NCBI GenBank assembly: GCA_032654565.1
Contig: JAULAX010000018.1
Coordinates: 320,001-384,000 of the forward strand
Direction of reading: 5' to 3'
Source: Anaeromyxobacteraceae bacterium
GTDB taxonomy: Bacteria; Myxococcota; Myxococcia; Myxococcales; Anaeromyxobacteraceae
DNA: 64,000 nt
Shown: one piece after another, positions 48,461 to 58,553 of the stretch
Position numbering within the stretch: the first letter of the stretch is position 1
Layout of the letters: each line of letters starts with the position of its first letter
Notes under the pieces: generated by a model
What the model was told of the DNA's origin: nothing
Database searches by the model: none
The model's input: the letters and a program-made list of their open reading frames with translations, nothing else
Program-made: the position numbers and the translations under genes

Positions 48461-50403
48461 GCGAGCTCCCTGGCTGCAGCCGGCGCGTAGCGCTCGGTGA
48501 TGGAGAAGCGTTCCATGGTCATGGCGTCGGTCGGGCAGCGGATGGCACAGAGCCCGCACCGGATGCAGCGGGTGTCGTCCTTGACCATGGCGGAGAGCGG
48601 CAGGCCGTCGGCTCCGGCCGAGGCCTCGAGGGCGAGCCGCTGGTCGTCGGGCAGCTCGATCTCCTGGTAGGGGACGAGCGCCAGGCAGTGCTCCGGGCAG
48701 ATGTCGACGCATCGGCCGCAGAGCACGCACTGCTCCGGGTCGTAGATGGTCTGGACGTGGCACGCCAGGCAGCGAGCCCCCTGGGCCCGGGCCTCGGCCT
48801 CGGCGAAGCCGATCTCGACCTCGGCGATCCCGGTCCGGCGGCCGACGTCCAGCGTGGGCGGCACCTGCCGATCGAGGAGCTCGAAGCCGGCGATCATCCG
48901 ATAATCCCGGGTGGGGATCTTCTCGATCTCGATGACCGCCTCGAGTCCGGCCGCTTCGCGCGAGAGGTGGGTGTGGATGGACCGGGCCGCCAGCTTGCCG
49001 TTGGCGATGGCCTCGATGAGGTTCCGTGGGCCGAAGGCCACGTCGCCACCGGCGAAGACCCCTGGCGCCGAGGTGGCGAGCGTCTCCCGGTCGACCAGGA
49101 TGGTCCCGGCCGGCGAGAGCTTCACCCCATCGTCTGGACCGAGGAAGGAGAGGTCAGGCTGCTGCCCGATGGCCAGGATGCAGGCGTCGGCCTCGAGGGT
49201 CACGACGTCCTGGTCGTCGTACTGAGGGGCGAAGCGTCCGGCAGGATCGAAGACCGAGGTCACCTTCCTCAGCTCGATGGCCTGGAGGCGCTTCTCGCCC
49301 AGGAAGCGCCGGGGTCCACGCCGGGGCTGGAAGCTTACCCCTTCCCGCCTGGCCTCCTCGAACTCCTCGTGCCCCTGGGTGGTGCGCAGGACCGGCATCT
49401 CATCGAAGGCCTCGAGCGAGACGATGGTCACGTCGGTGGCTCCGCCGCGCAGCGCGGCGCGGGCGGCGTCGAGCGCCTCCTTGAGGCGCGCGTCGGCCTC
49501 CTCGGGCAGCGCCGCGGCCAGCGTGGCGGCCTCCTCCTCCCGCCCGAGGCGCAGGGCGGTGCGGGCCGCGTCGAAGGCCACGAAGCCGCCGCCGATCACC
49601 ACCACCCTTCGCCCCAGGTCCAGGCGGAACCCCCGGTTGGCGTTGAGGAGATAGTCGACGGCCTTGATCACGCCGTCGAGCTCCACACCTGGCACCTGGA
49701 TGTCGCGCCCCTTCTGGACGCCGACCGAGAGGAAGACCGCCTCGAAGCCCTCGCGCCTGAGCTCGGCCAGGCCGAAGCCCGGCCCCAGGCCGTTCCCGAG
49801 CTTGAGCGTGACCCCCAGCGCGACGATCTTCTCGATCTCGCCCTGGATGACGCTGCGCGGGAGCCGATACTCGGGGATCCCGAAGCGCATCATGCCGCCC
49901 GGCTCGGGCGAAGCCTCGAAGACGGTCACCGCGTAGCCGAGCAGCGCCAGGTCGTGGGCGGCGGCGAAGCCCGCCGGTCCACCGCCAACCACCGCCACCT
50001 TCCGGGCGCCGGAGGCTGGCTGCTTGGCCACCGGTTGCACCGGCAGGTGCCCAGCGTAGCGGTTGCCCTCGGTCACCAGGGCGCCGCGCAGCTGATCCTG
50101 GGTGCCGGGGTGGACCGACTCGACGCCGAACCGCTCGCACACCGAGCGCTTGAGGGCCCGGATGGTCACGGGCGCGTCGATGGCGCCGCGCCGGCAGGCG
50201 TCCTCGCAGGGCGCGGCGCAGACCCGGCCGCAGACCGACGCGAAGGGGTTGGGCGATCGCGCCACCAGGTAGGCCTCCTGGTAGCGACCCTCGGCGATGA
50301 GCTGCACGTAGCGCCCGGCGTCGGTCGAGACCGGACAGCCCGCCTGGCACTTGACCTGCGCCTTCCAGTCCTTGAGGTCGGGGAGGGTGACTCGCACCGT
50401 CAT
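48457..50403 (-). CDS. GltD/NfnB/DsrL-like FAD/NAD(P) oxidoreductase with N- and C-terminal Fe-S domains
   Basis: CQAGCP, CGRVCAAPCEDAC, VVGGGPAG, GIPEYRLP, VIGGGFVAFD and FAGGD, then C-terminal CVLCGRCVDICP and CIRCGLCAIRCP. Confidence 0.88.
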   Translation of the reverse strand: MTVRVTLPDLKDWKAQVKCQAGCPVSTDAGRYVQLIAEGRYQEAYLVARSPNPFASVCGRVCAAPCEDACRRGAIDAPVTIRALKRSVCERFGVESVHPGTQDQLRGALVTEGNRYAGHLPVQPVAKQPASGARKVAVVGGGPAGFAAAHDLALLGYAVTVFEASPEPGGMMRFGIPEYRLPRSVIQGEIEKIVALGVTLKLGNGLGPGFGLAELRREGFEAVFLSVGVQKGRDIQVPGVELDGVIKAVDYLLNANRGFRLDLGRRVVVIGGGFVAFDAARTALRLGREEEAATLAAALPEEADARLKEALDAARAALRGGATDVTIVSLEAFDEMPVLRTTQGHEEFEEARREGVSFQPRRGPRRFLGEKRLQAIELRKVTSVFDPAGRFAPQYDDQDVVTLEADACILAIGQQPDLSFLGPDDGVKLSPAGTILVDRETLATSAPGVFAGGDVAFGPRNLIEAIANGKLAARSIHTHLSREAAGLEAVIEIEKIPTRDYRMIAGFELLDRQVPPTLDVGRRTGIAEVEIGFAEAEARAQGARCLACHVQTIYDPEQCVLCGRCVDICPEHCLALVPYQEIELPDDQRLALEASAGADGLPLSAMVKDDTRCIRCGLCAIRCPTDAMTMERFSITERYAPAAARELA

Positions 50404-50909
50404 GACCGCTCCCTCTTGACCATGCGCCGCGGAGCGGGACGCCCTTGGCGCGACCCTTCGGCCGGGCGGCTCACCTTCCGAGCCTCCCTGGCGAGGAAGG
50501 CGGGATCGCCCCCGCGGATGTCCGCCACCGTCGTCTTCTCGAGGAAGTCGGTGTAGGTTCGCTTCATGTCTCCCCAGGCCGAGTGCGCCGAGCAGGCCAG
50601 CGAGTCACGGCACGGCTTGCCGGGCCGGAGCAGGCAGCCTGGCAGGGCCCGCTGGCCCTCGAACGGCAGCACCACCTCGATCAGCGCGATGCGGTTGGCC
50701 GGCCGTGCCAGGCGGTAGCCGCCCTTGGCGCCGCGGACGGCGGTGAGGAGCCCGCTCCGCGCCATGGTGGCCAGCACCTTGGAGAGGTACTGGCTCGGGA
50801 CGCCGATGCGTCTCGCCAGGTCCCGCCCCAGCACCGGCCTGGACGGAACGCCCCCGGCCAGGCTGGACATGGCGCGCAGGGCGTGGGTGGCCGAGGCCGA
50901 GAAGATCAT
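50400..50909 (-). CDS. Rrf2 family transcriptional regulator (3 Cys, probable Fe-S sensor)
   Basis: YLSKVL..MARSGLL.AVRGAKGGY.LARP and CLLRPGKPCRDSLACSAH motifs; ATGA overlap with the next gene. Confidence 0.92.
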   Translation of the reverse strand: MIFSASATHALRAMSSLAGGVPSRPVLGRDLARRIGVPSQYLSKVLATMARSGLLTAVRGAKGGYRLARPANRIALIEVVLPFEGQRALPGCLLRPGKPCRDSLACSAHSAWGDMKRTYTDFLEKTTVADIRGGDPAFLAREARKVSRPAEGSRQGRPAPRRMVKRERS

Positions 50910-50928
50910 GCGTCCTCGAGGTCTTCAA

Positions 50929-50957
50929 TCCATACAATGGAGGTTGATATCCATAAT
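50929..50957. promoter_or_regulatory. Candidate operator upstream of the rrf2-nos operon
   Basis: AT-rich patch with TCCAT-ACA-ATGGA-N8-TCCAT (two overlapping inverted repeats) and TTGAT-N4-ATAAT, an 8/10 match to the FNR/DNR box. Confidence 0.5.
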
Positions 50958-51128
50958 GCGACGTGCGTACTCTTCCCTAGGCGAGTGTCGGCTGTCAAGG
51001 CCTTCCAGGGCCGGGTCCCCCGATGGGAACCCGGGGCTCCCCCTGGGCCGGAAGGGCCGTCCAGCGCTCGTGGGCGTCCCGCTCCCCGTCGGGTGGGCGT
51101 CCAACTCACCGCCTCGAGGAGGAACCAC

Positions 51129-51611
51129 ATGCCCCGTATCCTGCGTCACATGGCCTTCATCCTGCTGGTCGGGCTCGGCCTGGCCGAGCCGGCCCGCGCC
51201 GCCCCCCTCAAGGACATCGTCGACACCGCGGTGGCCGCCGGGAGCTTCAAGTCCCTGGTGGCCGCGGTCCAGGCCGCCGACCTGGTCGCGACCCTCAAGG
51301 GGCCGGGGCCCTACACCGTGTTCGCCCCGACCGACGAGGCCTTCGCCAAGATCCCCAAGGCCGACCTCGAGGCGCTGCTCAAGGACAAGGCCAGGCTGAA
51401 GGCGGTGCTGACCAACCACGTGCTGCCCATGAAGGCCGACGCCTCCGACCTGGCCGGGCTCAAGACCATCAGCTCGGCCCAGGGCAGCAAGCTGACCTTC
51501 GAGTCGTCCAAGGCCGGTCTCAAGGTCAACGGCGCCAAGGTCGTCAAGGCGGACGTGGAGACCAGCAACGGCTTCATCCACGTCGTCGACACCGTGCTCC
51601 TGCCGAAGTAG
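51129..51611 (+). CDS. Fasciclin (FAS1) domain protein, secreted
   Basis: GAGGAGG RBS, signal peptide, DIVDTAVAAGSF, GPYTVFAPTDEAF and NGFIHVVDTVLLP motifs. Confidence 0.93.
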   Translation: MPRILRHMAFILLVGLGLAEPARAAPLKDIVDTAVAAGSFKSLVAAVQAADLVATLKGPGPYTVFAPTDEAFAKIPKADLEALLKDKARLKAVLTNHVLPMKADASDLAGLKTISSAQGSKLTFESSKAGLKVNGAKVVKADVETSNGFIHVVDTVLLPK

Positions 51612-51652
51612 AAGGGAGAAAGGGGGGGGGCCTGCACGTCGAGGCATCGAGG

Positions 51653-52351
51653 GTGACCTTCCCTTCCTACCGCGTCGCCTCGGTCGAGGACCTCCTGGCG
51701 CGCTGTTCGCCACCGGTCAGGCGGCTGATCGAGGCGGCCCGCCGGCGAGTCCTCGCCGCGGTGCCGGGTGCCACCGAGCGGCTCCGGGCCGGCTGGGGGA
51801 TCATCGGCTACGACGCGCCGGCCTACTTCGCTTACCTGGCCCCGATGAAGGATCACGTCCGCATCGGCTTCGAGCGCGGCGCCGTGCTCGAGGACCCTGG
51901 TGGCCTGCTCCAGGGAACCGGCACGCAGGTCCGCCACGTGGAGGTCCGCTCGGCCACGGAGCTCCGGGGGCCGGCGCTGGCGGCGCTGCTTCGACAGGCG
52001 GCCGGGCTGCGGGGTCCGGGCGCGGGCCGCCCCAGGGACCGAGCCGCCCGCCGCGCCAGCGAGGACCGGGCGCTCCTCGACCTCGACGGCATCGGGCCGG
52101 CCATGCTGGCCGACCTCGAGCGGCTCGGGGTGCACGACGTCGCCGCCCTGTCCCGGCAGGATCCCCAGGAGCTCTACGCCCGCCTCGGCCGGCTCACCGG
52201 CGTCCGGCAGGATCCCTGCGTGCTCGACACCTTCTGCTGCGCGGTGGCCCAGGCCCGCGACCCCGACCTGCCGCCGGCGCAGCGGCGCTGGTGGTGGTGG
52301 TCCCGGCTGCGGCTAGGGCAGGGCGCGCCACCCCGGCGGCGGCCTGGCTAG
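51653..52351 (+). CDS. DUF1801-like domain fused to a helix-hairpin-helix (Cdd1/mitomycin-resistance-like) domain; start uncertain
   Basis: HVRIGFERGAVLEDPGGLLQGTG..VRHV, then LLDLDGIGPAM...DPQELY.RL..LTGVRQDPCVLDTF...WWWWS. Confidence 0.7.
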   Translation: MTFPSYRVASVEDLLARCSPPVRRLIEAARRRVLAAVPGATERLRAGWGIIGYDAPAYFAYLAPMKDHVRIGFERGAVLEDPGGLLQGTGTQVRHVEVRSATELRGPALAALLRQAAGLRGPGAGRPRDRAARRASEDRALLDLDGIGPAMLADLERLGVHDVAALSRQDPQELYARLGRLTGVRQDPCVLDTFCCAVAQARDPDLPPAQRRWWWWSRLRLGQGAPPRRRPG

Positions 52352-54009
52352 ACGTACTCGCGGTACCTCGGCGTCCACATCGTCGCCTTCACCAGCGCCA
52401 GCAGGTCGGGCGGCCTCGGCACCTGGGCCAGCCCGGCGGTGAAGGCCACCTCGGCCACCGCCACGGCAATGTGGGCCGAGACCTCGCGGATGCGGGTGAG
52501 CGCCGGGTAGATGCGCCCCATCTCCAGGTCGGCGGGAAGCACCAGCGAGGCCAGGGTGCGGGCCGCGGCGGCGAACATCTGGTCGGTGACGTGGCGGGCC
52601 CGGCAGGCCACCACGCCCAGCCCGACGCCGGGGAAGATGTAGGAGTTGTTCCCCTGGCCGGAGACGAAGGTGGTGCCGTTGATCACGCAGGGCGGGAAGG
52701 GGCTGCCGCTGGCGTAGATGGCCTTCCCGTTCGACCAGCCGTAGGCCTCCTCGGCGGTGCACTCCGCCTTGGAGGTGGGGTTGGAGAGGGCGAAGATGAT
52801 GGGCCGGGCGTTGAGCCGGCTCATGGCCTCGACGACGGGCTTGCTGAAGGCGCGGGCGATGGTGGAGACGCCGATCAGCGCGGTGGGCCGGAGCGCCTCG
52901 ACGGCCGCGAGCAGGTCGGGGGCCGGCGGGGCGTCGTGGGCGAAGCGGAGCTTGTGCTCGGCCAGCCCCTCGCGACTCTTCACCACCAGGCCGTGCGAGT
53001 CGACGAACCAGCAGCGACGCCGCGCCTCCTCCACGGTGGCCCCCTCGTCCACCATGGCCGAGACCGCCAGGTCCCCGATGCCGACGCCGGCCTCGCCGGC
53101 GCCGAGGAAGAGGATGGTCTGGTCGCGCAGCTTCTTGCCGGTGAGCCGCAGCGCCGAGTAGACCCCGGCCAGGGTCACCGCCGCCGTCCCCTGCATGTCG
53201 TCGTTGAAGGTGCAGACCTTGTCGCGCCACTGCGCCAGCAGCCGGAAGGCGTTGATGTTGGCGAAGTCCTCGAACTGGATGAGGGCCCCGGGGAAGACCT
53301 CCTCCACCGCGGTGATGAACTCCGCCACCAGGGCGTCGTACTCCGGGCCGCGGATCCGCCGCTGGCGCAGCCCCAGGTAGAGCGGGTCGGCCAGGTAGCC
53401 CTCGTTCTCGGTCCCCACGTCGATCATCACCGGGAGGGTCTTCGCCGGATCGATGCCGGCGCAGGCCGTGTAGAGGGAGAGCTTGCCGACCGGGATCCCC
53501 ATCCCGCCCACGCCCTGATCGCCGAGCCCGAGGATCCGCTCACCGTCGGTCACCACGATGACCCGCACGTCGGAGACCGGCCAGTTGCGAAGCAGCGTTG
53601 CCACCGAGCCGCGGTCGTTCCAGGAGACGTAGAGGCCGCGCGGCCGGCGGAAGAGGTGGCCCCACTGCTGGCAGGCCTGCCCGACCGTGGGCGTGTAGAT
53701 GATGGGCATCATCTCCTCGATGTGCTCGCCCACCAGCCGGTAGAAGAGGGTCTCGTTCCGGTCCTGCAAGCTGACCAGGTAGATGTAGCGCTCCAGGTCG
53801 GTGAGCTTGGTGCGGTAGGCGTCCATGACCCGGCTCGTCTGCTCCTCCAGGGTGTGGACGTGCGGGGGGAGCAGGCCGCGCAGGCCGAGGGCGGCCCGCT
53901 CGGCGTCGCTGAAGGCCGTTCCCTTGTTGAGCAGCGGGTCGTGGAGCAGCGCCTGCCCGTGAGGAAGCTTCGTCGCCGGCACCTGCGGTCGCGTCATGGT
54001 CTTCAGCAT
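52348..54009 (-). CDS. maeA: NAD(P)-dependent malic enzyme (SfcA/MaeA type)
   Basis: NKGTAF, PIIYTPTVG, VTDGERILGLGD, QFEDF, FNDDMQGT, GAGEAG and LSNPTSKAEC motifs; GGAG RBS. Confidence 0.93.
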   Translation of the reverse strand: MLKTMTRPQVPATKLPHGQALLHDPLLNKGTAFSDAERAALGLRGLLPPHVHTLEEQTSRVMDAYRTKLTDLERYIYLVSLQDRNETLFYRLVGEHIEEMMPIIYTPTVGQACQQWGHLFRRPRGLYVSWNDRGSVATLLRNWPVSDVRVIVVTDGERILGLGDQGVGGMGIPVGKLSLYTACAGIDPAKTLPVMIDVGTENEGYLADPLYLGLRQRRIRGPEYDALVAEFITAVEEVFPGALIQFEDFANINAFRLLAQWRDKVCTFNDDMQGTAAVTLAGVYSALRLTGKKLRDQTILFLGAGEAGVGIGDLAVSAMVDEGATVEEARRRCWFVDSHGLVVKSREGLAEHKLRFAHDAPPAPDLLAAVEALRPTALIGVSTIARAFSKPVVEAMSRLNARPIIFALSNPTSKAECTAEEAYGWSNGKAIYASGSPFPPCVINGTTFVSGQGNNSYIFPGVGLGVVACRARHVTDQMFAAAARTLASLVLPADLEMGRIYPALTRIREVSAHIAVAVAEVAFTAGLAQVPRPPDLLALVKATMWTPRYREYV

Positions 54010-54159
54010 GGTCTCTCCCCTTGGCCCCTGGCCTTCTGGAACGGCGCCATTATCGGCCCGCGACGCGGCGCGGCGAGGACTTGAAGGCCCGGCGAGTTGG
54101 GTGCGGCAGAAGGTCATCCAGGCGAGCAAGGAGGGCGGGGGCGGGCGGTGGCGAGGGGG

Positions 54160-54364
54160 GGGCGAGAGGCGCTTGATGAAGTCGGCTCGGTGAGGTCGGC
54201 GGGCGAGAGGCGCCATGAGGGGAGAAGTGGTGCGGGCGGTGCCGACCATCGGGCGGGAGGTGCCTGGTGGAGTCGGCTCGGTTCCGATTGTCGAGCGAGA
54301 GGCGCCATGAGGGGGAAACTGGTGCCGGCGGTGCCGCGGGGATCGCGGGCGGTGCCGAACCATC
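54160..54364. repeat. Degenerate ~91-bp tandem duplication in intergenic DNA
   Basis: Unit 1 (54160-54250) and unit 2 (from 54251) share AGTCGGCTCGGT, GCGAGAGGCGCCATGAGGGG and GGCGGTGCCG. The GCGGGCGGTGCCGA(A)CCATC tail recurs at ~54345-54364. Confidence 0.75.
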
Positions 54365-54685
54365 AGTCAATCTCCGGCCGCTCCCTCTCTGTCCCGAACG
54401 TGGTCCCCCTTTCGCAACTTCTGACGTCGGGAATCGCCAATGGGGGAATACTTTCAGGGGTGGATCGCCTTCGTCCCTGGCCGAAACGACTCTCACTACG
54501 CGTCCGCCCGTCGGAGCGAGCCAGCCTCGCGCGCAGCACCACTCCCCAGGCGCGGCACCGCTCGTCATCGCTGAGGCTACAGCCGGGGGCTGCGGCCGCG
54601 CATGGCGCTCCAGACCGCGAGGATGCGGATGCGGTCGGGACGGACCGCCGTCCACCAGGTTGCCGCCGGCCCGCCACGGCGCGCT

Positions 54686-55090
54686 TCAGTCCCGTCGCCC
54701 GCCCTCGATGACCGCGAAGCGCGGCCGGGGGCGCGGCGGGGCGGCGAGGATGCCGGCCATGACCGCCTCCCAGGGGAAGGCGCAGTCGCGGCGGCGGCCG
54801 CGGAAGGTGAGGGCCACCCGGACGCCCCAGTCGTCGAGCATCACCTCGGGGCAGTCGCGCCCCACCACCAGGTTGAGCCGGACCACCGGCTCCTCGGCGA
54901 GGTAGTCGGGCAGCTCGGCGCCGGGGGTCTCGGGGGCCACGATCAGGCACTCGAGGTGGGCGGCGGCGCGGCAGGCGGCCAGCATGTCGGCGTAGCGGCG
55001 CTGCACCGCGAAGAGCTCGATGGCCCCCTCGGCCCAGCCCGGGCAGGCCGGGGTGCAGGCTCCCTCGGGCGGGTGGTCGTGGGCGCTCAT
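54686..55090 (-). CDS. SspB-like ClpXP specificity-enhancing adaptor
   Basis: LPDYL....VVRLNL, DDWGVRVALTF.G....C.FPW.AV and a C-terminal RPRFAVIEGG resembling a ClpX-binding tail; close to clpPX. Confidence 0.7.
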   Translation of the reverse strand: MSAHDHPPEGACTPACPGWAEGAIELFAVQRRYADMLAACRAAAHLECLIVAPETPGAELPDYLAEEPVVRLNLVVGRDCPEVMLDDWGVRVALTFRGRRRDCAFPWEAVMAGILAAPPRPRPRFAVIEGGRRD

Positions 55091-55166
55091 CCGGGCCTCC
55101 CATCTACCACCCCCGGGCGGGCCTCGTCAGGTCCGGTCGTGTGGTACACCACCGGCGCCCCCACTC

Positions 55167-55248
55167 GGGCGGGTGGCGGAACTGGCAGACGCGCGGGACT
55201 TAGGATCCCGTGCCGAAAGGCGTGAGGGTTCGATTCCCTCCCCGCCCA
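55167..55248 (+). tRNA. tRNA-Leu(TAG)
   Basis: Anticodon arm CGGGA-CT TAG GA-TCCCG, long variable arm GCC-GAAA-GGC, T-loop TTCGATT. Confidence 0.96.
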
Positions 55249-55311
55249 TTTGGCCTTGACCCGGCCGCGCGCGCCGCGTACGACCCGCTTTCACGTTTCC
55301 GAAGGAACATC

Positions 55312-56604
55312 ATGAAGATCAACGTCGAGACCCTCTCCCCCGTCGAGCGCAAGCTCACCGTCGAAGTCCCGCCCGAGCGCGTCGCCAAGGAGCTCGACAA
55401 GGCCTACCAGGGCGTGGGGCGCCGCGCCAAGCTGCCCGGCTTCCGGTCGGGGCACATCCCCCGCGCCGTGCTGGAGCGGAACTTCAAGGTCGAGGTGGAG
55501 CGCGACGTGGCCGAGCGGCTGGTCAACCTCACCTTCGTCGAGGCGGCGCAGCAGCAGGGGATCGAGCCGGTGGCCACCCCCAACGTCTCGCTGGAGGGGC
55601 CGCTGGTCCCCGGCGCCATGTTCAAGTACTCGGCCAAGGTCGAGGTCCGGCCGGCCATCGCGCCCCGCGACTACCGCGGCCTGGCCGTGACCCGGACCGC
55701 GCCGGTGGTGGACGACGCCGCGGTGGCGGCCGAGCTGGAGAAGCTGCGGGACCGCTTCGGCTCGCTGCAGCCGCTCGAGGGGCGCGACCTGGCCGCCGAG
55801 GGCGACTGGGCGGTGATCGACCACGAGGGGACCATCGACGGCAAGCCCTTCGAGGGCGGCGCCGCGCAGGGGGTCAACGTCAAGGCGGCGCAGGGGAAGA
55901 TCGAGGAGGGGAACATCCCCCAGCTGGTGGGCAAGAAGGTGGGCGAGACCGTCGAGTTCGACGAGCCCTTCGCCGCCGACCACCGCAACGAGCAGCTCCG
56001 CGGCAAGACCACCCACATGAAGGTGACGCTGCGCGGCCTGCAGGTGCGGCAGCTCCCGGCGCTCGACGACGACTTCGCCCGGCAGGTGGGGGTGGAAGGG
56101 CTGGAGACGCTGGAGGCGCTCAAGGGGCGCATCCGCGCCGACCTGGAGAAGCGGGAGAAGCGGAAGGCCGACGGCGACTTCAAGGACGCGCTCATCAAGG
56201 CGGCCCTGGCCCGCAACGACTTCGAGGTGCCGCCCTCGATGGTGGAGCGGACCATCGACAACATGCTGGAGGGGACCGTGGAGCGGTTCGCCCGCATGGG
56301 GCTCGACGTCGCCCAGCTCGACCTCGACGTGGCCCGGCTGCGCGGCGACCTGCGCGAGCAGGCGCTGCTCCAGGTGCGCGGCAGCCTGCTGCTGGAGGCG
56401 GTGGCGGCGGCGGAGAAGCTGGTGGTCGAGGCCGACGACGTCCAGGCCGAGCTGGCCCGCCTCGCCGACGAGGCCGGGGTGCCGCTGGCCAAGGTGCAGC
56501 AGCAGATGCGCAGCGCCGAGGCCCGGGCTGCGCTACATAGCAGGGTGCGGGAGGAGAAGGCCCTCTCGCTGCTCGCCGAGTCGGCGAGCGTCACGGCCGG
56601 TTAG
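55312..56604 (+). CDS. tig: Trigger factor
   Basis: [10 protein letters not shown] ribosome-binding motif, FKBP domain ([11 protein letters not shown]) and LDDDFA; directly upstream of clpP. Confidence 0.95.
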   Translation: MKINVETLSPVERKLTVEVPPERVAKELDKAYQGVGRRAKLPGFRSGHIPRAVLERNFKVEVERDVAERLVNLTFVEAAQQQGIEPVATPNVSLEGPLVPGAMFKYSAKVEVRPAIAPRDYRGLAVTRTAPVVDDAAVAAELEKLRDRFGSLQPLEGRDLAAEGDWAVIDHEGTIDGKPFEGGAAQGVNVKAAQGKIEEGNIPQLVGKKVGETVEFDEPFAADHRNEQLRGKTTHMKVTLRGLQVRQLPALDDDFARQVGVEGLETLEALKGRIRADLEKREKRKADGDFKDALIKAALARNDFEVPPSMVERTIDNMLEGTVERFARMGLDVAQLDLDVARLRGDLREQALLQVRGSLLLEAVAAAEKLVVEADDVQAELARLADEAGVPLAKVQQQMRSAEARAALHSRVREEKALSLLAESASVTAG

Positions 56605-56626
56605 GCCACAGGGGAGCCAGCGCCAC

Positions 56627-57235
56627 ATGCCTTACATCCCGATGCCGTTCGTCGTCGAGCAGACCCACCGCGGCGAGCGCAGCTACGACATCTACAGCCG
56701 GCTGCTCAAGGACCGGATCGTCTTCCTCGGCACCCCGGTGGACGACGACGTGGCCAACGTCATCATCGCCCAGTTCCTCTTCCTCGAGTCGGAGGACCCG
56801 GACAAGGACATCAGCCTCTACATCAACAGCCCGGGCGGCTCGGTCTCCTCCGGCCTGGCCATCTACGACACCATGCAGTACGTCAAGCCGCAGGTCTCGA
56901 CCATCTGCCTCGGGCTGGCCGCCTCCATGGGCGCCTTCCTGCTGGCCGGCGGCGCCAAGGGGAAGCGGTTCGCGCTCCCCAACGCCCGGGTGATGATCCA
57001 CCAGCCCTCCGGCGGGGCCGGCGGGCAGGCCTCCGACATCGAGATCCAGGCCAAGGAGATCATCAAGACCAAGAAGCGGCTCAACGAGCTGCTGGCCGGG
57101 AACACCGGGCAGACCTTCGAGAAGATCGAGCGGGACGCCGAGCGCGACTACTGGATGAGCGGCGCCGAGGCCAAGACCTACGGCCTCATCGACGAGGTCA
57201 TCGCCTCGAAGAAGGCGCTGGAGAAGAAGCCGTAG
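56627..57235 (+). CDS. clpP: ATP-dependent Clp protease proteolytic subunit
   Basis: [24 protein letters not shown] and MIHQP motifs. Confidence 0.98.
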   Translation: MPYIPMPFVVEQTHRGERSYDIYSRLLKDRIVFLGTPVDDDVANVIIAQFLFLESEDPDKDISLYINSPGGSVSSGLAIYDTMQYVKPQVSTICLGLAASMGAFLLAGGAKGKRFALPNARVMIHQPSGGAGGQASDIEIQAKEIIKTKKRLNELLAGNTGQTFEKIERDAERDYWMSGAEAKTYGLIDEVIASKKALEKKP

Positions 57236-57276
57236 TAGATTCGCGTGGTCCGGGGGGAAGCCCGGGGGAGGCCGGC

Positions 57277-58518
<1,242 letters not shown>

Positions 58519-58553
58519 GCAAGGCACCTGCCTCGCCGGAGTCCGGCGGGCGC

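Noticed and set aside
48758..48772. CLACH (CxxCH) in the GltD-like oxidoreductase as a heme c site
   Set aside because: The protein has no export signal, and the motif sits at the RCxxC linker typical of these Fe-S flavoproteins.
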